From a virus (lineage: Duplodnaviria > Heunggongvirae > Uroviricota > Caudoviricetes), in IMG/VR virus record IMGVR_UViG_3300035520_000350, positions 178,979 through 242,978 of that record: 64,000 nt of DNA; one strand, 5' to 3'. The position numbers were made by a program, and so were the translations under genes. The notes beneath the pieces are model-generated. The model was given only the letters and a program-made list of their open reading frames with translations, was not told the origin of the DNA and searched no databases. Positions 32,053-43,311 of the stretch are shown one piece after another; position 1 is the stretch's first letter, and each line of letters begins with the position of its first letter.

Positions 32053-32556
32053 ATGAAGAAGACAGTAACAGTTCTTAATATAACAAAGGATGTCTATATT
32101 GAGAATAGTAATATTGTAGAGACTTTGAAGAACGATATAAAACACTATGGTCCTTGGGAGGTAGAGTTGCATATCAACCATACTATGGTTGAGTATATCG
32201 AACAGCTTCTTGAATTAATCGGAGAAGACTATAGACCATGTATACATACTACTTCTGATGTAAAGCACGGCTTCGTTGATATCTATACTAGAGATAATGC
32301 TGATAGATATCATAAAACATTAACAAGAAGATTCTTAGTAGATGATACTACCTTTGATAAGACAGAACTTGATAACGAAGTATTGACTAATAAGTCTATC
32401 TCATATCTTGTAATGAATAGGCTTACATTATGTCATTTCAAGTCAAGGAAGTTGACTGATGACTACGGCGGATCAGCATATTATCAATCATATCACAAAA
32501 TACCTATAGCTATAAGTGAATTGACTGATTTCGGCAAAATTGACATTTTGTCTTAA
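32053..32556 (+). CDS. hypothetical protein
   Basis: AAGGAGG RBS; AACA-N6-TA at 32017. Confidence 0.7.
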   Translation: MKKTVTVLNITKDVYIENSNIVETLKNDIKHYGPWEVELHINHTMVEYIEQLLELIGEDYRPCIHTTSDVKHGFVDIYTRDNADRYHKTLTRRFLVDDTTFDKTELDNEVLTNKSISYLVMNRLTLCHFKSRKLTDDYGGSAYYQSYHKIPIAISELTDFGKIDILS

Positions 32557-32637
32557 ATTAAGTTATCTATTTAGGTATTCTTAGAAGGCAAAATATAACT
32601 TAAAGTAAGTAGTTTTTGATTTTGGAGGGATGCTATT

Positions 32638-32895
32638 ATGAGTGATTTTGTAATCTGTTCAGCAAACTTTAAAAATGGAAACGAAATGTATTTGACTAAT
32701 CTTACTCCTGTTGAGTTTACTGATTCATTAGATAAGTCTACTATATTCATGGACGAAGAATCTGCTAGAGGAATACTCTATAGAAGATTCTTATCTCTGT
32801 CTAATTGGATTAGTACTCACTCAGGAGATCTATTAGGAATAGATATAGAAGTAGTAAAGAACGATAAAGTTGTTAGGAGGGATAAGTTTTTATGA
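32638..32895 (+). CDS. hypothetical protein
   Basis: 85 aa, GGAGG RBS. Confidence 0.6.
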   Translation: MSDFVICSANFKNGNEMYLTNLTPVEFTDSLDKSTIFMDEESARGILYRRFLSLSNWISTHSGDLLGIDIEVVKNDKVVRRDKFL

Positions 32896-33551
32896 TAGGC
32901 AGAGTTACATACACTGAAGCATTGGACAAGTTTGTTAAGAGTGATTATCTTATCCCTTACAGACTTCATCCCAATGCTAGATACAGAACAAATTGCTATT
33001 ACTGGATAGCTTGGGAGAACAGATGGTTCAAAGCTGAAGAGGTACTGTATGACTTTAAAGGCTCTGCTATTCCTATACTTGATCATGTCATAACAAGATA
33101 TGATGATGGAACATCTTCCTATATATGTACTGACCTTACTATCTATGACTTTAGACTGGAGAAGGATAAGTTTGATGTAAGAAGTCAGGAGATTATCAAC
33201 TCTGCTAATAGTTATGCTGGAGGAGAAATAGAGTATTGGTTCTTTATACACAATATCAATTTTGTCTCTGGTAAGTACAAGAACTTCTGGGAATACTTAG
33301 AACCATATGGGAAGAACAGAATAGATCCTAGTAAATTCTACTTTGTAAAAGCTGATATGGTAAATGACATGTATATAAATATTAGGTTCATTTTAGACCC
33401 TACTAAAGAGAAGTTTAAGAAACTAACAGAGGATAAGCCTAAGATAGTAGAGGTAAATGATAATAATATTCATTCCATAAACGAAGAAAGAAAAAGGAGA
33501 AGAAGAAGACATGAAGAAAGTGTCAAGATCAGGTCTGGTAGTCTACACTGA
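32892..33551 (+). CDS. hypothetical protein
   Basis: 219 aa, ATGA overlap with the previous gene. Confidence 0.65.
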   Translation: MIGRVTYTEALDKFVKSDYLIPYRLHPNARYRTNCYYWIAWENRWFKAEEVLYDFKGSAIPILDHVITRYDDGTSSYICTDLTIYDFRLEKDKFDVRSQEIINSANSYAGGEIEYWFFIHNINFVSGKYKNFWEYLEPYGKNRIDPSKFYFVKADMVNDMYINIRFILDPTKEKFKKLTEDKPKIVEVNDNNIHSINEERKRRRRRHEESVKIRSGSLH

Positions 33552-34602
33552 TGAATTGTATGAAGTATATGGTGCATTTAATGAGACATTATCAGACATC
33601 AAATTTTGTGACTCAGTAGCTTTTTACACATTCGATGAGCTAGATGAATCTAAGATGAATGATCCACAGATTCTATATGTAGGAATCATCAATAATATTG
33701 ATTCTGTGGCTCATAGTGTAATCAATAAAGTGGTTGCATTAAATAAGAAAGGAATCCTCACTGAAGTATATGCTGCTAATGATAAATCTAGTATATACGA
33801 GGATGTATGCAATTCATTCACAGTAGAGGGAGAAACAAAGTGTAATATATTTACAACTTTTGTAGATTTTAAAGAGGCTGTAAGCAAGAACTTTAAACAA
33901 CGTACTCGTGATATTGCTTTCGTTAGTGATAACGATGATTTCATGAATAATTTGTTTGATAATTTAAAGAAAACAATTCTCGATGATTATCACAAAAATG
34001 GTGATACCAGTAGAGATAACCGCGTAAATTATGTCGAGCCAGATATAAAGCGCTGCTTAAGAAACTATATGCCTGAATTGATTCTAGGATGGGTTTATCA
34101 GTATTGGTACAAAAAGAAATACGATCTCACCGAAATTGAAGAAATGCCCACAGCATCGGATTATGAAGCATATGTAACCCGGTTAATATCGTGTCAGTAT
34201 TCCGATAACGAAGTAATTAACTACTATTGGATTAAGCCATCAGAAGTTCTGCAGTTTGTAGAGTGTAGAGGATTTTTTGATAAGATCTTTATTGATCTTT
34301 GTTCTCATTATGGCTCAGTTAATCTTAATGTAGAGAATCCTTCTAATGATGATCGTATCGGCTGGTTTGCTAGTACAATGCCCGACAATCCTAAGTTGAG
34401 TGGTACAGAAGTATACTCCAACGTACTAACGATAGCTGGAAACTATATGAAGGTAGTATGTTTAGATGTAAACCAACAGATTGACGACGGATGGCTTGAT
34501 TATAAATTTGGTGTAGCATCAATAGGATATACTCAGACTATTCAGTTTCCTAACATCACTTCTATTACCCGTATTGATCCATTCGAAAAATATAATATCT
34601 GA
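33511..34602 (+). CDS. hypothetical protein
   Basis: 363-aa ORF. Confidence 0.65.
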   Translation: MKKVSRSGLVVYTDELYEVYGAFNETLSDIKFCDSVAFYTFDELDESKMNDPQILYVGIINNIDSVAHSVINKVVALNKKGILTEVYAANDKSSIYEDVCNSFTVEGETKCNIFTTFVDFKEAVSKNFKQRTRDIAFVSDNDDFMNNLFDNLKKTILDDYHKNGDTSRDNRVNYVEPDIKRCLRNYMPELILGWVYQYWYKKKYDLTEIEEMPTASDYEAYVTRLISCQYSDNEVINYYWIKPSEVLQFVECRGFFDKIFIDLCSHYGSVNLNVENPSNDDRIGWFASTMPDNPKLSGTEVYSNVLTIAGNYMKVVCLDVNQQIDDGWLDYKFGVASIGYTQTIQFPNITSITRIDPFEKYNI

Positions 34603-34691
34603 CATATTATGGCGGGGTAAAGGTTAAATCCTTTACCCCATTTTAGTGATATATTATATAGGCAGAATAACACAAAGGAGGATTAGAGTAT

Positions 34692-35546
34692 ATGCCTAAT
34701 CATGTAGCAAATGTAATAAGAATGAGTAATATATGGCATCAACCATTGTTTGCTTTAACGGGTGACAATCAAGTCACTTTTGACTTCAATAAGATTATTC
34801 CAATGAATGATGATCTGAATATGATAAGTAATGGCGCACTACAACGTTTATCAGTAGAAACAGTAATAAGAAAGGTATTACTAGATGGTCAACCTTTAGA
34901 TAAACTCTTACCACAGATTAGAATAAATAAGAGTGATAGATATTACTCTATGGATAAGGAGGAGTATACTAGATTAAGAGAAACATATAAAGAAACTTCT
35001 GATGAAGAGTTAATAGACTTTGGTTTGAAGTGTATAACAAACAAATTGAAGTATGGTTCGGTAGACTGGTACGAATGGAGCTGGGATAACTGGGGTACTA
35101 AGTGGAATGCTTATGACACTCAGAGAATAAGTAAAGATGCAGTAAGCTTTAATACTGCTTGGGCTATGCCTGAACCAATAGTAGCTAAGTTAGCTCAGTT
35201 ATATCCTCATGCGGTAATACAGCATTGGTGGGCTGAAGAGTTTACATCTAGTGGTAATACAGGATATATGTTATATAAGGATGGTAGAATATACGGTGGA
35301 TATGATCCAATCGGAAGTTGGGATGCTTATGCTCATTATATATTCTGCTGGGATACATGTAGAGATCCAAAAGCTCGTTGTTTATATAGTAATGCAGTAT
35401 ATGAATTGGGATATGGAAACGTAATATATGATAAACCATATCGTTATAACTATAATGGTTATAGCAATGCTGTATATACATTGTATGATAACTATGACGA
35501 TATTGAAGATATGTTTAGAGACGATGAATTAGATGAAGACGATTAA
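34692..35546 (+). CDS. DUF1281/YubB-like ferredoxin-fold protein
   Basis: MPNHV, FDFNKIIPM, WYEWSWDNWGTKWNA, FNTAWAMP; early motif at 34649. Confidence 0.7.
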   Translation: MPNHVANVIRMSNIWHQPLFALTGDNQVTFDFNKIIPMNDDLNMISNGALQRLSVETVIRKVLLDGQPLDKLLPQIRINKSDRYYSMDKEEYTRLRETYKETSDEELIDFGLKCITNKLKYGSVDWYEWSWDNWGTKWNAYDTQRISKDAVSFNTAWAMPEPIVAKLAQLYPHAVIQHWWAEEFTSSGNTGYMLYKDGRIYGGYDPIGSWDAYAHYIFCWDTCRDPKARCLYSNAVYELGYGNVIYDKPYRYNYNGYSNAVYTLYDNYDDIEDMFRDDELDEDD

Positions 35547-35589
35547 AAATTTGGGAAGAGTAGATTTATCTACTCTTTCCCCACCCTTG

Positions 35590-36168
35590 TTATTCGCTTT
35601 CTTTTTTGTCGCTATTCTCATCTGTGAGTAAGACTGAATTAGCTCTAAATCTAATATTGAGTCTTATCTCTTCTTCCTTAACCCATTTACCAATAACAGC
35701 ATGGTAGCAAGGATATTTACTGAGAATAGTAATAACTGTAGATGTAATCTCAGTCTGCGAAATTTCCCCATTATTATTGATTTCTTTTACGTTCTTATGA
35801 CGAGAAGGATTAATCTTATCAGCCATCTCTTTCCTAGCTTGTTGTAACTTCTCTAACAACTCTTCTAACTCTTCCGTCATATCTTCCTGCCTCAAAAACG
35901 TAAGACAGATGAATGTCTTCTCTCCATTAAACCAATTAAGATACTCACCTTTATAGTACTCTGCAAGTAAAGGCACGTCACTAGGTGTAACATCTTTTGA
36001 GTTCAGTTCAGTGGAGTATAGCATTGGAATCAATCCCAACTCCTTAACTTTCTTAGTTAATTTGAAGGCATTAATTCTGAAATACCTGCTGTCGCTTTTT
36101 CCTTCAACACATCCAGCGACAGTCTTGCGTAAAACATTGTAATCCATTAGCAAAACCTGCCCTTTCAA
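35590..36168 (-). CDS. hypothetical protein
   Basis: ~190-aa ORF. Confidence 0.6.
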   Translation of the reverse strand: MKGQVLLMDYNVLRKTVAGCVEGKSDSRYFRINAFKLTKKVKELGLIPMLYSTELNSKDVTPSDVPLLAEYYKGEYLNWFNGEKTFICLTFLRQEDMTEELEELLEKLQQARKEMADKINPSRHKNVKEINNNGEISQTEITSTVITILSKYPCYHAVIGKWVKEEEIRLNIRFRANSVLLTDENSDKKESE

Positions 36169-36260
36169 TTATTTGTAATACTTTATAGAGATGTAGTATA
36201 TGTATTATTTTATCACAGCAGAAATGGACTTGGAACAAGCATCATTCCAAGTCCGTTTAC

Positions 36261-36764
36261 TTAAAACATGTATTTGCCGCATTCTTTGTTATTCTCATAA
36301 TGTTTGATAATAACGTTATACTCGGGATCTATTCTGCCATTAGTCAAGTCATCATACTTCTTGATTATATCATGGTATCTCTTATGACAATCCATAACAG
36401 TTCTATATTCCTCTGCAGTAAATGTCTGACCTCTAGATAATCGATTAGAGAAGTCAAGTATTTCCTTCTTTAGTCGATTAACTTCAGCTACGTCTATTGC
36501 TCTTTGTTGTTTGGCTGATTGATTACTAAGTTCTATAATCTGAGTTTCTAAAGAGCTCAATCTATCATCAACCTTATCTTCTAATTCATTCAGTTTCTTA
36601 TCTACTGAATGGTTAAAAGCTTCTCCAAGCTTCTTTACAACAAAAGAAACTGGATTGAACTTAATCCCTGGAGTTATATCAACAAAAAGAGAAACAACCA
36701 CAATGAATACAGCCCAGTCTGTGAGACCGAAATCACAGAAGAATTTGTACAGAATACTTATCAT
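36261..36764 (-). CDS. membrane protein, possible holin
   Basis: N-terminal TM segment, ITPGIKFNP, coiled coil, EILDF; AACA-N6-TA at 36822-36811. Confidence 0.5.
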   Translation of the reverse strand: MISILYKFFCDFGLTDWAVFIVVVSLFVDITPGIKFNPVSFVVKKLGEAFNHSVDKKLNELEDKVDDRLSSLETQIIELSNQSAKQQRAIDVAEVNRLKKEILDFSNRLSRGQTFTAEEYRTVMDCHKRYHDIIKKYDDLTNGRIDPEYNVIIKHYENNKECGKYMF

Positions 36765-36820
36765 AAGTAAACCTCCTTATAGTAACACAAAATAACACTA
36801 AACTACATTTTATTTAAGTG

Positions 36821-39124
36821 TTAACTTTCGTCGGTCTTCGGATTTGTAGCCACTCTCATCTTAGCCTGTACTACTGCCTCATCTACAGAATCGTAATCAA
36901 TGTAGTTACCAAGCATAGATCTCATCATGATCTTGGTAAACTCAGTCTTAACTTCATCACTTTCATTACCAAGTTCTACTTCAGTAATAGCGTTGATATA
37001 GTTCTTAGTGTTATTGATCAACTGCTCTGTATTAGTCATAGATAAGAATGCAGGAGCTGGTAATAGTATCTTTATCTTCTTCTCAGTCTCATTGTATTCA
37101 AAGTTATATATCTTAGTGAATACCTCAGAGAATGCATTCTGACATATTCTCTGTTCTTTATATACCTTCCTCAAGAACTTACTGTTAGACATAGTAAATC
37201 TAGTAGCATAATCTACCTGATTTACACTCTGTACAAACTCATATGGAACATCTGTACTAGCAACAGCATCGTTATTGAATCTCTCCATAAGTTCTGTAGG
37301 AGTCTCTATATTCTGACCCTGCATTACCTCAAACTGAATAGGAGCATCTCCTGACTGTCCTAACGGTATTACATGGTCATTATACTTACCTACTACTCCT
37401 AAGATACTATTCATACTCTCTATTTGTCTCATACCCATATTACCACGTTTAATCTGATTGATTACGTTCATAAGAGTGCGAGCAACATTGGTCTCTACGT
37501 TCTGTCTTACATAGTAGATTCTCTTATCTTGAGCTCTAGTAACCTGACCAATAGTATTGGTAAGATACAGTAAGCAGTATAACATAGCAGGGATCAATGC
37601 TTTTCTTAAAGTAGAGATTCCTCTATGAGTCTTCTTATCCTGTTTTAAGAAGAAGTGATATACATCTTCTGCTGGTAAGAAAGATACAGTGATATCATTA
37701 GTACCATTCATAGCACTAAACTTATCATTGTACTTAAGTATAGCATAAATCTCTTCCTTGAGATCTTTATTAGCATTGATAAAGTGACTATCTATATTAT
37801 CAGAGATTCTCTGAGCAATGAAACTAAGCAACATATCATTAGCCATCTCAGAATCATTAATACTTCCTCTCTGATTACCAGCCGCAGGTAATGTACCATT
37901 CTGATAATCATGCTGGCAATAGTTAAGGTTATCACACTGGCTAAAGGTAAAGTGATAGTATCCAATACAGAGATTATCCATATAGATAGGAAGTATATCA
38001 CCTCTCTCAATAAAGGCTACTACACAACCATTCATTTCATCTATCTTAGTATCAGTAGCAAATCTACCAGGACCTCCTGTAACAGTAAGACCATCATTGA
38101 TACCACTGTTAAGGTTATTACCGCTACTCTTCTTTTTATCATATACAGAGTTAAAGGTAACAGAAGAATCTTCTTCTCCTTTAGATTCATGTAAAGCATT
38201 ATAAGACTCATTAATACTCTGAGACTTAGATATCTTAGCTGCTTTAATAGCAGTCTCTTTAGTCTCTACAGCTTCTGCAAATATAGCAGAGTCATCAAAG
38301 ATAAGATTAACAGAACAGTTCTGTTCTTTAAAGTTAACGTTCTTTATAGCTGCTTTAAGTTCATCATCCGGTTTAGCACTCTCAAAGATAACTACACTAT
38401 CTGGCTTAGTCTTTTTACCTTTAAAGGATTCTCCAAATGATCTAAGTAAACCAGTACTGCCAAACATAGCTCTTCTTCTTACTAATCTCTGTAATGCTAT
38501 ATTATATGGAACAATATACAAGAAGCATTCACCATACTTAGATGCTCTCTCATACATCTCTTCACATATATCCTGAAACTTATATTTCTCCTGCACCGCT
38601 TTAGCATTGTCGTTGAATATCTTCACTCTCTCATCAGAGATTGTAGTAGCTTCAATGTTTAAGAAGTCCTTAGTAAAGTTATCAGAAGATAGTACATTAT
38701 CTCTCTTAATCTCTAATGCTGTCTCTATAGAAGGCATATACTTACAGATCATATCGTACTGATAGTCTTCTGCTTGTATATACTTATTGACATCCTGATT
38801 TACAGATAGTGTATTGACTATATTATTGTCAGCAAACAGTTCCATAGCACTATCTATAATCTGCTGATTAGATACACCTTTCTTCTTCTGTATTCTAGTA
38901 TATAGATTAGAGATGTCCGATATCTTAGGATTATCTCCACTTGTAATAATCTTATCAATAGTATCATCTATAGAAGTGACAATACTATCCATATCTTTCT
39001 TATTGTCTGATCTGGAAGCATAAGTAGTCTGATATAAACCATTCATGCTGTTATCTAAGTCATCAAGCTTATTGTTGACACGTCTAAACCAAGCTCCTGG
39101 CTTATTACTGTTCTTATCAGCCAT
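36821..39124 (-). CDS. portal protein (jumbo phage type)
   Basis: 767 aa beside tube and sheath; ASKYGECF, RAQDKRIYYV, TDVP; late motif at 39161-39150. Confidence 0.7.
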   Translation of the reverse strand: MADKNSNKPGAWFRRVNNKLDDLDNSMNGLYQTTYASRSDNKKDMDSIVTSIDDTIDKIITSGDNPKISDISNLYTRIQKKKGVSNQQIIDSAMELFADNNIVNTLSVNQDVNKYIQAEDYQYDMICKYMPSIETALEIKRDNVLSSDNFTKDFLNIEATTISDERVKIFNDNAKAVQEKYKFQDICEEMYERASKYGECFLYIVPYNIALQRLVRRRAMFGSTGLLRSFGESFKGKKTKPDSVVIFESAKPDDELKAAIKNVNFKEQNCSVNLIFDDSAIFAEAVETKETAIKAAKISKSQSINESYNALHESKGEEDSSVTFNSVYDKKKSSGNNLNSGINDGLTVTGGPGRFATDTKIDEMNGCVVAFIERGDILPIYMDNLCIGYYHFTFSQCDNLNYCQHDYQNGTLPAAGNQRGSINDSEMANDMLLSFIAQRISDNIDSHFINANKDLKEEIYAILKYNDKFSAMNGTNDITVSFLPAEDVYHFFLKQDKKTHRGISTLRKALIPAMLYCLLYLTNTIGQVTRAQDKRIYYVRQNVETNVARTLMNVINQIKRGNMGMRQIESMNSILGVVGKYNDHVIPLGQSGDAPIQFEVMQGQNIETPTELMERFNNDAVASTDVPYEFVQSVNQVDYATRFTMSNSKFLRKVYKEQRICQNAFSEVFTKIYNFEYNETEKKIKILLPAPAFLSMTNTEQLINNTKNYINAITEVELGNESDEVKTEFTKIMMRSMLGNYIDYDSVDEAVVQAKMRVATNPKTDES

Positions 39125-39232
39125 AGATATCTCCTCCTTTAACGTAAATTATTACAATGTTGAGCTATTAAAACACTATGAAACGAAAAGAGGTAGAGTA
39201 TTTCTACTCTACCTCTAAGTCCATCGTATATA

Positions 39233-40120
39233 TTATGCTCTCTTAACAGCATTGACAAGATTCGTGATCTTATCCGGTGAACTTGAATCAAGCACACCAA
39301 AGAGATAATCATTGGAATCAAGAGCTGCAACGTTCTTCGTAGTATCAACGGAGTACTTAACATTACCAGCGCTGTCTGTAACATCTGCAGATACACCAGT
39401 AATATCCTCTAACAGTACCTTTGCTGCCTTATCTACTTCGTAACCCCATACCGGGAAGCAGTTCCATTCAATGGTCATTTCCTTATTACTGATATCACCC
39501 TTCGTGCTGTCATAGATAGAGGTCTCTGCCTTAGTCAACTGGCAGTTGCAAAGCAGATAAGCTTTCTCAAGACGAAGCATAGTGTTATCGGTTACATAAT
39601 ACATCATCGTGAACACTTCGTTCTCATAACCCGGCTGAAGCTTATTGTTCTTGATAAGACCATGATAATGCTTAGCCTGAGTAATACGATCCTTGATACC
39701 GGTCAGATAGTACTCAGTAAACTTCGTAATCAGACCACCACTCTTCTCAAAGTAGTTTGAGGATACAGTGATAGATGTATCAGATGTAACCTTATTGATG
39801 ATATTTTGTGTATTCACACCATCCGTAAGCTCGAATGTCTCACCAGTGATATCCGGAAGTCCTGTAAGACCACGGAACTCATACTCAAGCATATGCTTGA
39901 AGCTGTTCACCAGAGATGCTACCGGAGCAGAGTTCTGTCCCAGTACAGTCAAGAACTTAGGCATCTGAATAACACTAAGGAAGCTGTAACCAGTTTCAAA
40001 CTGGTTAAACTGTCCAATCTGTGTAAAGTCCGTTACACCACGAAAGGCGGTGTACTGAGTAAGATTTCTCGGACGGATAGTATAATTGTTGATTAAACCC
40101 TTATTAACTACACTTGCCAT
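39233..40120 (-). CDS. tail tube-like virion protein
   Basis: 295 aa directly downstream of the sheath gene; beta-rich. Confidence 0.6.
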   Translation of the reverse strand: MASVVNKGLINNYTIRPRNLTQYTAFRGVTDFTQIGQFNQFETGYSFLSVIQMPKFLTVLGQNSAPVASLVNSFKHMLEYEFRGLTGLPDITGETFELTDGVNTQNIINKVTSDTSITVSSNYFEKSGGLITKFTEYYLTGIKDRITQAKHYHGLIKNNKLQPGYENEVFTMMYYVTDNTMLRLEKAYLLCNCQLTKAETSIYDSTKGDISNKEMTIEWNCFPVWGYEVDKAAKVLLEDITGVSADVTDSAGNVKYSVDTTKNVAALDSNDYLFGVLDSSSPDKITNLVNAVKRA

Positions 40121-40140
40121 AAAAGCACACTCTCCTTTCC

Positions 40141-41937
40141 TTATTCTTCACTGGACTCTGTAGACGAGGTATCTGTATTATCGATGATATAGATATCGAA
40201 CAGCTCTGTCTGAGCCCAATCCTTAAACGCGAACTTAAGCGATGCATAGAAGATCTTGTGATGTGACATGATACTGTCCTGAGTATACTCGAAGGTAAGA
40301 ATATCGAAGTTACTCTTGAATCCTTTAAGTACTTCCTCAACTGCATCTGCATAGGTAGAGAAGTCCGCATTGTCGATGAAGGTATATCTCTTCTTCGGGC
40401 AAGCTGTACGTACGGAACGAACAACCTCCTGGACTGCCAGAGTATTATTTACATAAGACAACTGGCTATATGCCTCCTGAGCAGTATACAGACTCTGCAC
40501 TACGCAATCTCCAGACTGGAATACAGCGTAGTTAACCTTAAGATCATCCATCATCTGTTTCTGATTCATAGTAGGAGTAATACGCGGTGTGTAGCAGATT
40601 GTTCCATCGATCGCACTCTCCAGAATGAATCCATTAGCAATTCCTGCCTCCGGATTGTAGATACCGTTATCAAAAGCAGCTACAAGACAAGCAGCAAAGT
40701 CATACATCATTGTTACCGGAATACGTTTCTTTGTATCCGGATCATAGATCTGATACCAGGTCATGTAATTCGCAATGAAGTTGTTGTTTGTTGTGAACTT
40801 GTTGAGTACCTCAACTGTTGTTCCATAAGAATCTGCATCTAAGCAGAAGTCACGGAAGTATACGCAGTCTTTACGGAAGGATACAAGCTGTGCGATTGTT
40901 TCCTTAACTGAATAAGGATAGCAAGCATCCACAACTGCACCGATATGATACTCGTCAAGATCATAGATAGCATTGTCATACTCACCACCGAAGAAGTCAT
41001 TAAGAGCTTCTTCCCAAGCAGTAGTATCTTTCGGAGCATCACCAAATTCTCCGTTGGAGCCGCCCTGAAGTGCAATACCATAAGTTACACCCATATCAAT
41101 GCTTTCTGCATCTACAGTTACTCCATCAAGAGAAGCTCCCTTAATGGTAAGCATATTGATCAGGTCATACTTAGATACTGTGTCTTCATCAAGACCCAGA
41201 GCCTCAGCAATCTCAGATCTGTACTCATCAAAGATATCAGAATCTACATAGAACTTAACCTGTGTAGCGGTATCTTCTTCAAGACCGTACTGAGTATTTC
41301 CATAAACAGTACTATCAATTGTAGCCGTAACACTATCAGTTCTGGTAGTTCCTTCGTATACAGCAACAGTAAAGAACTGCTTACCCATAGCCTGAGAGAT
41401 CTCGGAACTACGTGAGAAGCATACTGCCTTGCTGGACTTTCCACGACCATTGTCAGCAACAATGATCAGCGGGAATACCTTATTCTCTGCATCGTAAAGC
41501 TTAAGAGCAGCCGTTTTTACATCCTCAAATGAATAACAGTTCTCGATATAAGAAGCTGTAATCTTAAGAGTAGTCTTAGTAGCCGCAGTAACTTCCGAAT
41601 CAGAAGCTGCAGATGCCGTAGTATCTGTAGTAAGCTGAGCGAGAAATACGATATTTGCTAATGTAGCATCATCAGCAACAATACGCTTAACAAGCAATTC
41701 TCCACCTGCATCAATAATCCTAGCCGCCTGAATAGCAGCCTGACCATGATTCTTATACAGGTTTTCAGTTCCGAAAAGATTATAGAAATTAGACCCAGTA
41801 ACTCTAGTCATTTCCTCAGGTCCCTTATCAAAGCTTGAAGCCGTGAGAAACAATGTACTGTTATCGACAGTAGTTGTAGTGTCTTCTGTCTCTATAGTAT
41901 TATCAATCCAAGGATTGATCACTGTACCAGGATACAT
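40141..41937 (-). CDS. tail sheath protein
   Basis: MYPGT start after AAGGAGG; LQGGSNG; sheath-like C-terminal domain; late motif at 42014-42003. Confidence 0.8.
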   Translation of the reverse strand: MYPGTVINPWIDNTIETEDTTTTVDNSTLFLTASSFDKGPEEMTRVTGSNFYNLFGTENLYKNHGQAAIQAARIIDAGGELLVKRIVADDATLANIVFLAQLTTDTTASAASDSEVTAATKTTLKITASYIENCYSFEDVKTAALKLYDAENKVFPLIIVADNGRGKSSKAVCFSRSSEISQAMGKQFFTVAVYEGTTRTDSVTATIDSTVYGNTQYGLEEDTATQVKFYVDSDIFDEYRSEIAEALGLDEDTVSKYDLINMLTIKGASLDGVTVDAESIDMGVTYGIALQGGSNGEFGDAPKDTTAWEEALNDFFGGEYDNAIYDLDEYHIGAVVDACYPYSVKETIAQLVSFRKDCVYFRDFCLDADSYGTTVEVLNKFTTNNNFIANYMTWYQIYDPDTKKRIPVTMMYDFAACLVAAFDNGIYNPEAGIANGFILESAIDGTICYTPRITPTMNQKQMMDDLKVNYAVFQSGDCVVQSLYTAQEAYSQLSYVNNTLAVQEVVRSVRTACPKKRYTFIDNADFSTYADAVEEVLKGFKSNFDILTFEYTQDSIMSHHKIFYASLKFAFKDWAQTELFDIYIIDNTDTSSTESSEE

Positions 41938-42079
41938 GTTTTTACCTCCTTTTAAGAATATTTTATTGGATTCAAAGACAGTGTGGCGTCTGTCTCGATC
42001 TTTATGTATATGTTCTTTTTTACAATGGAAGGAGGGACAAAAAGAGGTATAGGAGATTATACTCCTATACCTCAATACA

Positions 42080-42808
42080 TCAACCGGTTACAACCTTTTC
42101 AAGTGGACTATACTTAATATCCTTATCATCAATAAGGATAGCTGCTCTTAAGCTTTCATCTAACTGCTCTGAAGCAAGAGCCACATATGGTGATACATAG
42201 TTAGGTGTAGTCTTGATAGATACTGGTTTATATCCATTCATATCCTTCATATCTGTAGTATAGAATGGTTTACTTACATCATCAGGATCTCTACACAGTT
42301 CAGCCCACAGTATACCAAACAACTGCATAGATAATGCAAAACTATCACCATTTAGGTTAAGAGACTCTTCAAAGTATTCATGACCTACATCATATCTTAT
42401 AGTAGTAGGAATACGTCCTGTAATAACAAGTAGTCTGAATACATCCTCTACATTGTCTACAATCTCCGGTACTCTTACCTGAGATACTACTTCGTCTCCT
42501 TTAGAGAAGTGTAATACTCTATAGTCTTTCTCTTCTTTAGACTTACCTAACTTTAATTTCTTAGCCTTATCAATGTATCTAGGCTTGCATAAGAATACAG
42601 TAGGAAATCTAAATGGTTTTACTTCACCTACCTTACCAGTAGGAGATATAATAGCATAGTCGCATATACCAATAAGAGATACATAAGAACCAGCTATTTC
42701 AATCATGTTAGTCTTAAAGAAGTCTTCCGGTACATAGTATACCATCTCTCCGTCTAAATCAAATACGAGAGAATCCCCAACTCTCTTTAAGAAATTAGGT
42801 ACTTCCAT
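42080..42808 (-). CDS. probable RNA polymerase beta' C-terminal fragment (virion RNAP)
   Basis: ELCRD...SPYVALASEQLDESLRAAI resembles beta' SFISAASFQETTRVLTEAA; ends SPLEK. Confidence 0.5.
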   Translation of the reverse strand: MEVPNFLKRVGDSLVFDLDGEMVYYVPEDFFKTNMIEIAGSYVSLIGICDYAIISPTGKVGEVKPFRFPTVFLCKPRYIDKAKKLKLGKSKEEKDYRVLHFSKGDEVVSQVRVPEIVDNVEDVFRLLVITGRIPTTIRYDVGHEYFEESLNLNGDSFALSMQLFGILWAELCRDPDDVSKPFYTTDMKDMNGYKPVSIKTTPNYVSPYVALASEQLDESLRAAILIDDKDIKYSPLEKVVTG

Positions 42809-42844
42809 CTCTATTCACCTCCGATTACATCCCAGTCTTCCATA

Positions 42845-42988
42845 TTAGAACCACCTTTCACCACAATGCTTACATTCATAAACCATGTGATCTATCTCCA
42901 TATCAAAGAATACAGATCTCATATCTTCACCACATCTAGGGCATTTACATTTGAAGAAGTGTACTACTTTCTTAATTAGACTCTTCAT
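42845..42988 (-). CDS. 47-aa Zn-ribbon protein (absent from the ORF track)
   Basis: MKSLIKKVVHFFKCKCPRCG...YECKHCGERWF; ATGA overlap with the upstream gene. Confidence 0.6.
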   Translation of the reverse strand: MKSLIKKVVHFFKCKCPRCGEDMRSVFFDMEIDHMVYECKHCGERWF

Positions 42989-43311
42989 GGTTTACTATTA
43001 GCCTTGTTCCTTCTCTTTTCAAATTTTTCACGCTTCTTTTTGAGCTCTTTAGCTTTCTTAACAGCAAGTTCTGCTTCTTCAATGGTTAATCCTACTTCTG
43101 CATTATCAGTACAATCTTTATTCAGTAGATTTTCATCACATGTCTGAATGAGAAAAGTGTGGTTTTGAATTTGATAAAAGATTTTCAATCTCTGAGTATA
43201 ACTGGTACGCTTAATCACTCTTCTCTTATATCTGACTCCTTCTACATTGTCAGCTACTTTCTTAAAGCCCAACTCAGCAAGCTTATCATCTGTTGATTTG
43301 AATAACTTCAT
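42985..43311 (-). CDS. hypothetical protein
   Basis: 108 aa, GGAGG RBS. Confidence 0.65.
   Translation of the reverse strand: MKLFKSTDDKLAELGFKKVADNVEGVRYKRRVIKRTSYTQRLKIFYQIQNHTFLIQTCDENLLNKDCTDNAEVGLTIEEAELAVKKAKELKKKREKFEKRRNKANSKP

Noticed and set aside
41938-42075. N-terminal extensions given by the ORF track (sheath; also polB 24587 and Tad1 60201)
   Set aside because: They overlap terminators, promoters or neighbouring genes; strong RBSs mark downstream ATGs
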